This document shows positions 1 through 9,557 of a stretch of DNA of 64,000 nt, one piece after another (within the stretch, counting starts at the first letter, position 1; each line of letters starts with the position of its first letter). A model generated the notes under the pieces. That model was given only the letters and a program-made list of their open reading frames with translations. It ran no database searches and was not told the DNA's origin. The position numbers were made by a program, and so were the translations under genes. Where the stretch lies: positions 248,001-312,000 of IMG/VR virus record IMGVR_UViG_3300017917_001123; one strand, 5' to 3'.

Positions 1-486
1 AGTTAACTTAAATTCAAAGTCTACGTTATTATAACACGAATTGTTAATCCAGTCATTAATTACTTTATAAACATCGGTAAAAGGAATACCTGTATCTGTG
101 CTAACCGCATCTTCTAACATTGAAATGGTTAAATGTAATAGAGTTACTTTTGGATCTAGGCTCAGTGAACGGCAACGTTCTGCTAGCAGTTTCTTTTTAC
201 GGCTGTAGTCGCTCTGTATAAGTTGGTCATACTGCCCTGCGATACTGCCCATAACTACAAGATTAGTTTTACCAGCAAGCGCATCTAGCAAAGGCAGTTG
301 TCCTGCGTTAGTGTTCAAGATTACTATGTCGCAAGTTTCTGCTACTGGTATAACCTTGCTAACGTCTTGCTCTAAGTCTAATCCTGAAAGTCTGCTAGCA
401 CCAATAACTTCGTGCCCGTCCTTAATAAATTGACCAAAGAGGTACTTACCTAGCCCACTAGTGTGGCCTGTAATGAATATTCTCAT
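1..486 (-). CDS. short-chain dehydrogenase/Rossmann-fold protein (3' end outside window)
   Basis: Manual translation from ATG at 486: MRIFITGHTSGLGKYLF..., an N-terminal TGxxxGxG NAD(P)-binding motif; open to position 1; ATGA overlap with the upstream ORF. Not in the ORF track because the stop lies outside the window. Confidence 0.7.
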   Translation of the reverse strand, partial: MRIFITGHTSGLGKYLFGQFIKDGHEVIGASRLSGLDLEQDVSKVIPVAETCDIVILNTNAGQLPLLDALAGKTNLVVMGSIAGQYDQLIQSDYSRKKKLLAERCRSLSLDPKVTLLHLTISMLEDAVSTDTGIPFTDVYKVINDWINNSCYNNVDFEFKLT

Positions 487-1100
487 ATCTGTCCTGTTAT
501 TTTTAATAGAGCAGGCATGTCTTCTCTCTTAACTGAAAAGAACATGTGTACTCTAGGAGTTGTATCTTGGTTCTTAACGCTGTGCATTAATGTTGTATCT
601 AATGCCCAAGAGGATCCATCTGCCGGATAGTGTTCCCAACTTATAGGTTGTCTGTTCTCGTCGTCCCACGTGAAGAAACTCTTAGGAGGACTGTAAATTG
701 GAAAGTGTATGTGCCAAGCATCGTCGGTATGCGACTCGATATAGTTTCCCCCGGGTGTTTCTGATATGCCTAGTCTATAGGCCATTGGGATCTTTTCTAA
801 CAATCGTTCGGCAATACCGAAAACCATATCAGTTCTTTTCTTGCCGTCTGTAAAGTCGCTGGTTAAAACATTCCACGGAGCACATATCTGATCGTCATTC
901 TTTAGATATGTTGTCAAAGCCCAACCGCTGGCCATCTTTGTTAAATCGATGTTTGGATCGTTGTAGGCTTCGCGCTTGATGTATTGCTTCTGTTCTGTCG
1001 CAACCCATTTACGATCAGCAAACTTAGTCTTAATGATATCATAGAACTCTCTTAGTTCGTTAATATCTGCTGTGATGTTTAACTTTATTTGCCTATCCAT
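483..1100 (-). CDS. 2OG-Fe(II) oxygenase / Asp-Asn beta-hydroxylase-like cupin
   Basis: HxD (SHTD), HIHFPI strand, distal H (LMHSVKN) and R (PRVH) in DSBH order. Confidence 0.6.
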   Translation of the reverse strand: MDRQIKLNITADINELREFYDIIKTKFADRKWVATEQKQYIKREAYNDPNIDLTKMASGWALTTYLKNDDQICAPWNVLTSDFTDGKKRTDMVFGIAERLLEKIPMAYRLGISETPGGNYIESHTDDAWHIHFPIYSPPKSFFTWDDENRQPISWEHYPADGSSWALDTTLMHSVKNQDTTPRVHMFFSVKREDMPALLKITGQI

Positions 1101-1141
1101 GAAAATATTTATAGGTGCTCTAGCCTAGCTTAAATATTTGT
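1101..1141. promoter_or_regulatory. back-to-back T4-late-like promoters
   Basis: TATAAATA on minus (1113-1106) 5 nt before ATG 1100; TAAATA on plus (1131-1136) 5 nt before ATG 1142; no SD. Confidence 0.6.
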
Positions 1142-2194
1142 ATGGCCTTCTACAACACAATCAAAGAGTTAGACATAGAACACAGCGCAGTTTGTAATGC
1201 GGCCTGTCCTCAGTGTACAAGAGAGCTTCGCCCCGGAGACTACAGTTGGTTTAACCAAACATGGCTTCCTACAGAGTTTTACCAAGAGCGTATTCCACAA
1301 TATGTATTAGACAACTTAGAAACTATCTTCTTTAGTGGCATGGTAGGCGATCCTTGTGCGGCTCCTAACTTCTTAGAAGTGTGTAAGGTTATTAAAGAAC
1401 GTGCTCCGCATATCCATATTAAGATTAGTACTAATGGAGGTATGCGTAGTCCTGCTTGGTGGGCAGAGCTTGCTAGTATATTAGGGCAAGGTAGTTGGGT
1501 TCGTTTTGCTATTGACGGACTAGCAGACACTAATCATATCTATCGTGTTAATGTAAGTTGGAATAAAGTTGTTGCTAACGTAGATGCGTTTATTAAATCT
1601 GGCGGAGAAGCAGAATGGCAGTATATTGTGTTCAAACACAACGAGCATCAAGTAGAAGAAGCAAAGAAATTATCTGAAGATATGGGCTTTGCTAGATTTG
1701 TTATTAGACGCAGTCATCGCTTCTTGCTAGATGCTCTATTTGAAACACAGTACGTGGGTATCTCTGTTCCTACTAATGACAAATATGTACATCCGTTGAT
1801 TCTACAAAAGAAGAAAGTGTTTAACATTGTAGATGCGTTAAAAGTATCCAACGATAGTAGTGTAACTTGTGAAGTACAAGGACGCAAGAGTGTTTACATA
1901 TCAGCAGATGGTTGGGTGTTTCCTTGTGTATATACAGGAACATGTGTTCACTTAATGAAGACACGCAGTCTACATGACGGTTGGACTAAGTTATGGGAAG
2001 AGCATGGCGGAGATAAGATTAATCTATTAAAGAATGATTGGAACAGCATACTAAACGGTACGTTCTTTAATGGCATACAAGATAGTTGGAATGTAGGATA
2101 TGAGCAAGGACGACTTGCCGCATGTGGGTTATTTTGTAGTCAATCAGCCGCACGTATATTTGATAACAATGTAGACTACGATATAATAGAATGA
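1142..2194 (+). CDS. radical SAM protein with C-terminal twitch/SPASM-like domain
   Basis: CNAACPQC, GDP, ISTNGG, FAIDG; C-terminal C...YISADGWVFPC...ACGLFC. Confidence 0.85.
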   Translation: MAFYNTIKELDIEHSAVCNAACPQCTRELRPGDYSWFNQTWLPTEFYQERIPQYVLDNLETIFFSGMVGDPCAAPNFLEVCKVIKERAPHIHIKISTNGGMRSPAWWAELASILGQGSWVRFAIDGLADTNHIYRVNVSWNKVVANVDAFIKSGGEAEWQYIVFKHNEHQVEEAKKLSEDMGFARFVIRRSHRFLLDALFETQYVGISVPTNDKYVHPLILQKKKVFNIVDALKVSNDSSVTCEVQGRKSVYISADGWVFPCVYTGTCVHLMKTRSLHDGWTKLWEEHGGDKINLLKNDWNSILNGTFFNGIQDSWNVGYEQGRLAACGLFCSQSAARIFDNNVDYDIIE

Positions 2195-3831
2195 CATATC
2201 AAGTAATATTATTTTCTGATACACCAGGAGCCGATTGGTTAAGTAGAGGCTATGGCACCTATCGCCTTGCTACAGAGCTACGTGAAGCGGGCTATTCTGT
2301 GTTGACTGTAGAGTATGCGTCTAGTCTTACTTGGGACAGGTATTGTGAAATTATAGATAGGACAGTAACAGCTGATACATTAGTTGTAGGATTTAGCACT
2401 ACGTGGTTTCCTTATCGCAGTCTTAATAAAATTAATCCTAGATACTCTGTAGGATTCAAGAGCAACAAAGAACATACAGACTTTAAACATGATCAACATC
2501 CATGGTATTACGAAAGTCTAAGCCATTGCTTCAGTCAAGAAGATCCGGACAAGTGGGTTGACTATGTTAAGACACGCAATTCAAAAGTTAAATGTGTTGT
2601 CGGCGGAGCAAAGAGTAACGAGTATGTGTTCGAACCTAAAGTAGATAACATCTTTATTGGCTTTAGTGAAAACATGATGTTGGACTATGTTAACAGCATT
2701 AGTGGTAAAGGACCTAAGCGCATCTTTAATAAGATTATTAACTATGATGTAAAAGCAAGTGATCCTCGTTTTGACTTTAAGAGCTCGTTTACACGTTATG
2801 TAGATACTGACTGTATTGTTCCGGGAGAAATGCTTACTATCGAGTTTGCTCGTGGTTGTATCTTTAACTGTAACTTCTGTAGCTATCCGCATCGCAATCA
2901 GCAGACTGCTGACTTTATCAAATACAAAGAAACTATCCGTGCTGAACTAATGGAAAACTACGAGCGTTGGGGCTGTACTCGTTATATGATTACAGACGAT
3001 ACATTTAACGATGCTACAGAAAAGTTAGTCTACATTAAAGAAGTTATTGAAACATTGCCATTCAAGCCTAAGTTTTGGGCATACTGTCGTATGGACTTGT
3101 TCCATAAGTACCCTGAGCAAATACAGTTAATGAAAGACATTGGTGTTACTGAAGTCTACTACGGTTTAGAAACTTGGCACGATAAAACTGCTAAGGCCAT
3201 TGCCAAAGGTGGTAAGCTACAGAACAAGATCAATGCTATGAAGAAAGCTCGTGAAGTATGGGGTAATGATGTTTATGTTACTGTAGGACTTGTAATGGGT
3301 TTACCACATGATACAGTTCAAAGCGTAACTGATGCTTGCGAATGGTTTAAAGCAGAAGGACACAATTATGTCGATTGGTTTAATGTGAGCTCGTTAACTG
3401 TGTATCCTCCTACAGACAATCAAAAGTACAAGTTCTTTAGTGATATCGAAAAACACTTAGACAAATATGGTTACACATTTCCAGACATTGAAAACAATCC
3501 AATCAATTGGCATCGTGCCGATGACGGAGACATTAATAGTAAAGAACAAGCAGACAAACTAATGGACTATTGGATGAAGGAACTAATGCCTTATCAAAAG
3601 AATAGAAAGCAGATGTGGTTTGCTGGTGCGCTTACTGTAATTGATCCTCGCTTAGACTTTGAAAATTTACTTAAAGCTGAGAAGGATGAATGGAACGATA
3701 TCTTTAGTGCGTTTAAGCCTACTGAATACTATTGGAAGTATGTTAATTACTATTACTGGCCTAAACTGCTAGCGATGCTTGATACATCTGTGCCTAGTCG
3801 TTCATTAGATGTTGCGTGTGTTTCTGGATAA
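2191..3831 (+). CDS. cobalamin-binding-domain radical SAM protein (class B-like)
   Basis: N-terminal YRLATELREAGY..V, GFS, VVGG B12-domain pattern; EFARGCIFNCNFC; DDTFN; GLET; GLPHDT. Confidence 0.8.
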   Translation: MTYQVILFSDTPGADWLSRGYGTYRLATELREAGYSVLTVEYASSLTWDRYCEIIDRTVTADTLVVGFSTTWFPYRSLNKINPRYSVGFKSNKEHTDFKHDQHPWYYESLSHCFSQEDPDKWVDYVKTRNSKVKCVVGGAKSNEYVFEPKVDNIFIGFSENMMLDYVNSISGKGPKRIFNKIINYDVKASDPRFDFKSSFTRYVDTDCIVPGEMLTIEFARGCIFNCNFCSYPHRNQQTADFIKYKETIRAELMENYERWGCTRYMITDDTFNDATEKLVYIKEVIETLPFKPKFWAYCRMDLFHKYPEQIQLMKDIGVTEVYYGLETWHDKTAKAIAKGGKLQNKINAMKKAREVWGNDVYVTVGLVMGLPHDTVQSVTDACEWFKAEGHNYVDWFNVSSLTVYPPTDNQKYKFFSDIEKHLDKYGYTFPDIENNPINWHRADDGDINSKEQADKLMDYWMKELMPYQKNRKQMWFAGALTVIDPRLDFENLLKAEKDEWNDIFSAFKPTEYYWKYVNYYYWPKLLAMLDTSVPSRSLDVACVSG

Positions 3832-5348
3832 AAGAATCTGTTGTACTGTGTTTGTCTAGCATTAGTAGCAACATTCTCACTGCCTAACTTTTTAACCTTG
3901 TAGTTATAGACAACATCTAGGTGTCTTACATCTACTTCATATAAGTCCGATGCTCTTAAGGCAAGCGATCCCTGTAACGAACCTGTTTGATTTACTCCCC
4001 AATCTAATACATAAGGATTCAATCCAAATAGTTTTTCTTTGTGATTGTAAACAGTAAACGCATCTGCCATCTCTCTAACACGAGCATAGCTTAGATTGTC
4101 ATTCTCCCAATTAAGCACTTGATTAACTTGTACTAGGTCGTTATGTCTATAGTTTAAATCTTTAAGCACGTTGGCAGATTCTCTATAACCATAGCTCTTC
4201 CAATCCATCGATATCTTGCTAGGTTTATCAACAAATGTATTAACAGGAATCTCTAATGGGTTTACATCGACTGCTTGCCCTTGCCAATTGTCCACAAGCC
4301 ATTTGAATGTTCTAGTAATAGACTCTTCTGTTTCGTGTGGCAGTCCTAATATAAAAGCTGTAACAGCTCTGTATCCGCCGTGTTCTTCAAAGTATTTGCG
4401 TATGTCTAACAGGCCTTGCTGTAGCTTTTCAGGCTTCATTCCTTTGCCTACAGTCTTACCTGCTTGATGATTAAATGTTTCAATGCCGTAGTAGTGCCCA
4501 TTGAAACCCATGCGTGATGCGTGTTCCCAATCCTGTGGACGTGATGTTAGTAAGTCTGCTCGCATAAATCCACTAAGCCATGGCTTGAACGGTAATTGTT
4601 CTGTAGCATCAGCAAACTTAAGAATCTTTTCACTGCGATCATTAAACGTTTCATCTGCTACAAAATAGTTTGTTGTACCAAATCTATCGTAGGCATCACG
4701 CATTTGTTCTATGTAATCGTCGGCATCTCTAGTATAGTCGCCCTTAACACCTAGCACAGGAAAGTTACAATAGTCACATTCAAATATACAGCCACGAGCA
4801 AACTCTACAGTAAGCCATTCCCATTCCTGGATGTAATCTCTGTCCTCGTATTTGATCATTAAAGACTTCATAGGAAACGCAGGATACAAATGGATAGCAT
4901 CAATAACCTTCTTGCCTTTAGCAAGCCAATTGATATCTAGTTTAATACTACTGCGGGATTCGTTGCCAGCAACAACCTTCATTAACTGTAATACAGCAAG
5001 TTCGCCAAAGCCAAAGATATAATAGTCAAAGTAATTGCTTTCCATTTTAGGGCGAGCCTGACTACCATATAACGTAGTAACATCTGGGTAGGTCTCTTTA
5101 ATCCACTTAAGGAACGACTCCATCTTCTCGTCCCAGTAGCAGAAGAAACAACTAAAGCCTATAATCTTTGTTTCTGCTGTAACCCTAGAGCGTGTGAACT
5201 CTTGTAGTTCTTCGAGTGTAAAATCTGTTGCCCATTCTAATACTTCAACATCCCATCCATGCTCTCGCATATATGTGGCAATGCGATATCCGCCGCCCGG
5301 GCGTCTTAACCACATTGTATGTGTATTGAATATTAATGAGTGTGGCAT
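3753..5348 (-). CDS. cobalamin-binding-domain radical SAM protein (class B-like)
   Basis: YRIATYMREHGWDVEV, GFS; EFARGCIFECDYC; DETFN; GIET; GLPHET. Confidence 0.8.
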   Translation of the reverse strand: MPHSLIFNTHTMWLRRPGGGYRIATYMREHGWDVEVLEWATDFTLEELQEFTRSRVTAETKIIGFSCFFCYWDEKMESFLKWIKETYPDVTTLYGSQARPKMESNYFDYYIFGFGELAVLQLMKVVAGNESRSSIKLDINWLAKGKKVIDAIHLYPAFPMKSLMIKYEDRDYIQEWEWLTVEFARGCIFECDYCNFPVLGVKGDYTRDADDYIEQMRDAYDRFGTTNYFVADETFNDRSEKILKFADATEQLPFKPWLSGFMRADLLTSRPQDWEHASRMGFNGHYYGIETFNHQAGKTVGKGMKPEKLQQGLLDIRKYFEEHGGYRAVTAFILGLPHETEESITRTFKWLVDNWQGQAVDVNPLEIPVNTFVDKPSKISMDWKSYGYRESANVLKDLNYRHNDLVQVNQVLNWENDNLSYARVREMADAFTVYNHKEKLFGLNPYVLDWGVNQTGSLQGSLALRASDLYEVDVRHLDVVYNYKVKKLGSENVATNARQTQYNRFFYPETHATSNERLGTDVSSIASSLGQ

Positions 5349-6856
5349 TATCTGTTTAGTTTCTTGTCAATGTAGCGTCTTGCGATTGAATGTCTAGCTT
5401 GTGCTAGTGTTTCTTTTCCGTAACCCTCTTCCCAACGTACAAATAAATCTTTTCTAGATGCCGACAGGGATTCATCTAATGATAAACCCATACCTGAAGC
5501 GTAGTCTAGTGTATATGGATTTAATTTAAACCAGTCTTCGTTTTCAATGCTTCTCAAGTATTGTGTTGCTAGATCTTTGGCTTTGTCGTAGTCCATGTTG
5601 TCGTTAACCCAGTTTAAATTTGTTGTACTGTGCATAACATTACACTCGAGTGATATATGATCGTATTGATCTGCTGGCTTTTCTCTGTAACCCCACTTGT
5701 GCCAGTCCTGTGCTAACTTGCTAAACTTTTCTGTATATTCGTCAATTGGAATTTCTAAAGGATAGCACTCAATGTTCTCTCCTTGCCAATTGTTACGTAA
5801 CCATTCGGCGCCTTCTTTAAATGTTTCTTCTGTTTCGTAGGGTAGTCCTACGACTAGAGCAATACATCCTCTATAGCGTTGCTGTCCATGCGATTTAAAG
5901 TAATCTCGTACTTCTAAAAGGCCTTCACGTAGTCTGTGCGGATTCATGCCTTTACCGATTGCTTTGGCTGTTGGGTGATTCATGCTCTCAATACCATAGA
6001 AATGCCCTAGCATACCTAAACGTACTAACGCATCCCAGTCTTGCTTACGCGATACTAACAAATCTGCTCGCATAAACCCTGTAAAGAATGGTTTAAAGGG
6101 TAACTTATCAGTTACATCGGCAAACTTTTGAATTTTCTCTGTGCGATCATTAAATGTTTCGTCTGAACAATAGTATAAGGTAGTTCCCCAGCGTTCGTAG
6201 TTTTCTAACAAATGATCGTGATAGTCTTGTGCGTCTCTAGTGTAATCTCCCTTAACACCTAGCACAGGGAAGTTACAATACAAGCATTCAAACATACAAC
6301 CTCGACTAAACTCGCAGGTTAGATATTCCCAGGGCTCGATAAAATCTCTATCTTGGTATTTGATACGCAAGCTCTTCATAGGAAACGCAGGGTAGTAATC
6401 GTTAGCACTAATAAACTTCATACCGCGTCCAAGATATTTTGGATCTAACTTAATTCCGCCTTTTGGTGTATTGCCAACAAAACTAGCAGTTAAGGCTAAT
6501 AGAGCGTGTTCGCCGTAGCCGTGTACGTAATAATCTACTTTAGGATATTGGAATTTAGGTTTGCCATTGCCGCCAACAACAACCCGGACGTGTGGCCACT
6601 TCTGTTTAATATAATCGATAAACAGATTAAACTTCGGATTCCAGTAACTAAAAAAGTATGCGAAGCCAACCCAAACGGTATTCTTTGTAATATTTGTATT
6701 ACAAAACTCTTCAAACTCTTTTTGCTGCCATAGGTCTAGATATTCTACAACTTCAACATCCCAGCCTTCGTCACGTAATATTGTGGCAATTCTATAAGGG
6801 CCGCCAGGCCTGTTAAAGTACATTGTATGACAGTTAAACAATAAACAGTGGTTCAT
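5348..6856 (-). CDS. cobalamin-binding-domain radical SAM protein (class B-like)
   Basis: YRIATILRDEGWDVEV, VVVGG; EFSRGCMFECLYC; DETFN; GIES; GLPYET; close paralog of 3753..5348. Confidence 0.8.
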   Translation of the reverse strand: MNHCLLFNCHTMYFNRPGGPYRIATILRDEGWDVEVVEYLDLWQQKEFEEFCNTNITKNTVWVGFAYFFSYWNPKFNLFIDYIKQKWPHVRVVVGGNGKPKFQYPKVDYYVHGYGEHALLALTASFVGNTPKGGIKLDPKYLGRGMKFISANDYYPAFPMKSLRIKYQDRDFIEPWEYLTCEFSRGCMFECLYCNFPVLGVKGDYTRDAQDYHDHLLENYERWGTTLYYCSDETFNDRTEKIQKFADVTDKLPFKPFFTGFMRADLLVSRKQDWDALVRLGMLGHFYGIESMNHPTAKAIGKGMNPHRLREGLLEVRDYFKSHGQQRYRGCIALVVGLPYETEETFKEGAEWLRNNWQGENIECYPLEIPIDEYTEKFSKLAQDWHKWGYREKPADQYDHISLECNVMHSTTNLNWVNDNMDYDKAKDLATQYLRSIENEDWFKLNPYTLDYASGMGLSLDESLSASRKDLFVRWEEGYGKETLAQARHSIARRYIDKKLNR

Positions 6857-7557
6857 AAGCTCTTTGCTATTTTAAGGTGGCTTTCAATTCCTGGATGTTT
6901 AAGATCTCTCCCAACATCAATAATTTCAAAATTGTTAATTTCAACTAGTTCTGTATCGTAGCACATAGCACGAACAGCATCTTTAATTATATTTGCGTAG
7001 TGAAAAAAGTAATCTGTACAACTTACAGAATTAAAGTTTTCAACTTCTTGTTTTAATTCTTTAATGTTCTTAAGGGTATTATCACTCCACGGACCTAGTG
7101 GAATGATTTCATCCCCTAGACCTCTAAAAGTTCTTGCCAGTTCGGGCCATTGAATAATAATACGTTTTGGTTTCTTTTTAATATTAAGAAACCATTTAGA
7201 TAGATTATAAGAAACTAAATCTACTCCTGCGCCTTCTACTGCTAGGTTGTAGTAATCTACATTATTGTTTTTAGAAACAATGTATGGATAGGTGTTTTCT
7301 AAAGGCACGGCAGAACCCACAGTTAAACTACAACCAACAAACAAATAAAAGTCTTTGTCTAATTGATCAAATTCTTTGGACCGGTGTCCGCAAGAGTTTC
7401 TGCTGTATTCTACTCTTGTAGAACGGTACAACCAATTAGAGTCAACAACTTTTAAATTTCTCTGATACAAATCTTCCGTATCAAAACCGAAGTCGCCGAA
7501 CTCAACTGTGCCAGTTTTAAAGTAGCCGATGAGGTTATTGTCATAAAGTTTTAACAT
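6853..7557 (-). CDS. SGNH/GDSL-like hydrolase or acyltransferase
   Basis: Block I-like FVGCSLTVG, block II-like NLAVEGAG, block V-like DLKHPG. Confidence 0.55.
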   Translation of the reverse strand: MLKLYDNNLIGYFKTGTVEFGDFGFDTEDLYQRNLKVVDSNWLYRSTRVEYSRNSCGHRSKEFDQLDKDFYLFVGCSLTVGSAVPLENTYPYIVSKNNNVDYYNLAVEGAGVDLVSYNLSKWFLNIKKKPKRIIIQWPELARTFRGLGDEIIPLGPWSDNTLKNIKELKQEVENFNSVSCTDYFFHYANIIKDAVRAMCYDTELVEINNFEIIDVGRDLKHPGIESHLKIAKSL

Positions 7558-7571
7558 GGAAAATTTTAACC

Positions 7572-7597
7572 ATAAATATTCGTTGTAGCATATTTAA
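7572..7597. promoter_or_regulatory. divergent TAAATA late-type boxes
   Basis: ATAAATA plus at 7572-7578 and TTAAATA minus at 7597-7591, in the divergent gap; farther from the starts than in other pairs. Confidence 0.45.
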
Positions 7598-7612
7598 CGC
7601 TGTAGTTAATGG

Positions 7613-8215
7613 GTGATAATTTATATGGACATGGTAATTGTAACAAAATCAAAAACTCTAGTAGAATTTACAAAAAAGTTATGGGATAGATATTATTCCC
7701 AGCCAGAGAAATGGATTGAACTAAGCCCAGGTACATATTACACACAGCCTTACATAGAACTTACAGACGACGAATGGGAAGAAGCAAAGAAGGAAGCACC
7801 CTTTGTAAGTCGTCGGTTGTTTATGGGTTATATGGAACCAGGTATCACAGCAATTACACACGTTGACAATCACGATACAGATCCTCCTCATATTGCTAAT
7901 TTTAACATCCTACTAGAAGCAGACGGTGACAACCATCATACAGCATATTACGACCATGTCGACGGCCCGTGGGACGCTAAAGAAAAAGGTTGGGTGTGCG
8001 TTGACAAGTCGAAGTTAACTGAAACATTTAGATACTCACTGCCATTAGACACACCGACTTGGTTTAGAGTAGACAAGTTACATGACATTACCAACAATGG
8101 TAAAACTAGAAGAAAAGGCGTCATGTGGGTAGTTGAAGTTGGTTGGACTGATGAAAAATTTAAACAGTGGTGCGAAACAAACAACATAGATTACGATATC
8201 AGATACAAAATATGA
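7613..8215 (+). CDS. putative 2OG-Fe(II)/cupin oxygenase (start may be 7625 or 7631)
   Basis: HVD...NFNILL...LHDITN..TRR; paralog of 10708..11262 (LEADGDNHHTAYY vs VESDGDNHSTRYY). Confidence 0.5.
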   Translation: MIIYMDMVIVTKSKTLVEFTKKLWDRYYSQPEKWIELSPGTYYTQPYIELTDDEWEEAKKEAPFVSRRLFMGYMEPGITAITHVDNHDTDPPHIANFNILLEADGDNHHTAYYDHVDGPWDAKEKGWVCVDKSKLTETFRYSLPLDTPTWFRVDKLHDITNNGKTRRKGVMWVVEVGWTDEKFKQWCETNNIDYDIRYKI

Positions 8216-8847
8216 GCTACGTTATCCAACAACACTTTCCTATTAAAACATACAAGACACACTTCGATCCTATTGGGGAACTAAAGGTATCTATGATGAC
8301 TAAGTTAACCAAACTATGGGAACAAGCGGCGGAAGTATCAAACGAAATTACAGACTGTGTTGTTGGACAAACAGATTGTGGATACGTAATTGATCCACAC
8401 TTAGAACGTTGGGAAGAAACACAAGAGCTTATTGCGTTCTTAAACAAACACGTTCAAACATATTGGGAAGTTTTAGGCTATAGCAAAACATTACAGCCTT
8501 ATGTTCATAGCATGTGGAGTAACAGATCGCATGAGCGTAGTTATATTCATTCTCACATACACAGCCCTATGCCAATTGCCGGTACAGTTTATCTAGAAGT
8601 AAACAAGGATATGGGCAACTTTGTGTTAGAAGATCCAAACGAAATGCTGTTACGTTCGCAACCTGTGGACGACCCTGATTCTATTGCTGAAGACGAAATT
8701 GATGTTGCTGTGGGAGATGTTTTAATGTTTCCAGGATATGTGCGTCACAGAACGATTAGTAACAAAACAACAACTCCTAGGATTACATTACCTTTTGTAA
8801 TTGGGTGTAAAGGTACATTCTCAACTGATCATTGGCGTTCAGCATAA
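8212..8847 (+). CDS. 2OG-Fe(II) oxygenase, TIGR02466-like
   Basis: MWSN...HSHIH..IAGTVYL, GDVLMFPGYVRHRT, RITLPF; start re-chosen at the ATGA overlap (8212). Confidence 0.75.
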   Translation: MSYVIQQHFPIKTYKTHFDPIGELKVSMMTKLTKLWEQAAEVSNEITDCVVGQTDCGYVIDPHLERWEETQELIAFLNKHVQTYWEVLGYSKTLQPYVHSMWSNRSHERSYIHSHIHSPMPIAGTVYLEVNKDMGNFVLEDPNEMLLRSQPVDDPDSIAEDEIDVAVGDVLMFPGYVRHRTISNKTTTPRITLPFVIGCKGTFSTDHWRSA

Positions 8848-9518
8848 ATGATTACACGCTGGCCGCGTACAAACTGTTCGTAATCATTGCTGTCTGGAAC
8901 ATATAGTTCTGTTTTAAATCCAAACATCTTTAAAATATTAAGCACAGCATCTAAGTCTGGAACTAGTGCTATGTCTGTTGGTCCGCCTATGTTTGAATCA
9001 CTGTAGTCGCTGACCAATGTAAAAGTACCCAACGGACTTCTTATAGATTTATATGTACCATCTTCTACGTGAGGCTTGCTAGAACTAGCAACCTGTGTTT
9101 CAATAACACAATACTTCTTTGCCATATTGTTAATGCGGCGAAGTATCTCTATAGGATTCTCTACATGATACAGGACACCGTAACACAATGCCAAGTCTAC
9201 TCTAGCAACGTGTTGTTCTATGAGAGCTTGTTTAAATGTAGAACGGCCGTTGCCTAGTTTGCTGTAGATGTATTGTGCTTGTTCAATAGAATCAGTAAAT
9301 CGGTCAATTCCTTCTACCTTAGGAATGTGCTTTTCTAATTCTAATGTAAAGTATCCTTGATGGCAACCCAAGTCTATTGCTGACTCGCAAGGGTGTGTAT
9401 CCAAGAATTGTTGTAACGCTTTAATTCTAGTTTCGTGTAACGGTAACACTTCTGCTGGAAGCATACATTCAATACCGTCAATTGGAAAAGGATAAAACCA
9501 TCCGTTAAGCTGTGCCAT
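8829..9518 (-). CDS. class I SAM-dependent methyltransferase
   Basis: IDLGCHQGYF motif I, GIDRF, DLALCYGVLYHV, CVIETQ. Confidence 0.8.
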   Translation of the reverse strand: MAQLNGWFYPFPIDGIECMLPAEVLPLHETRIKALQQFLDTHPCESAIDLGCHQGYFTLELEKHIPKVEGIDRFTDSIEQAQYIYSKLGNGRSTFKQALIEQHVARVDLALCYGVLYHVENPIEILRRINNMAKKYCVIETQVASSSKPHVEDGTYKSIRSPLGTFTLVSDYSDSNIGGPTDIALVPDLDAVLNILKMFGFKTELYVPDSNDYEQFVRGQRVIIYAERQ

Positions 9519-9557
9519 GATGTATTTAAGGCGTCAAAAGTACCCAATAAATAGATC
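9519..9557. promoter_or_regulatory. back-to-back late-type promoters
   Basis: TTAAATA minus (9529-9523) 4 nt before ATG 9518; TAAATA plus (9548-9553) 4 nt before ATG 9558. Confidence 0.6.

Noticed and set aside
1-1140. Apparent CTAG excess (about 10 copies by eye)
   Set aside because: Plausibly explained by frequent CTA/GCT-AGx codon usage; a small sample, not testable without codon-controlled counts.
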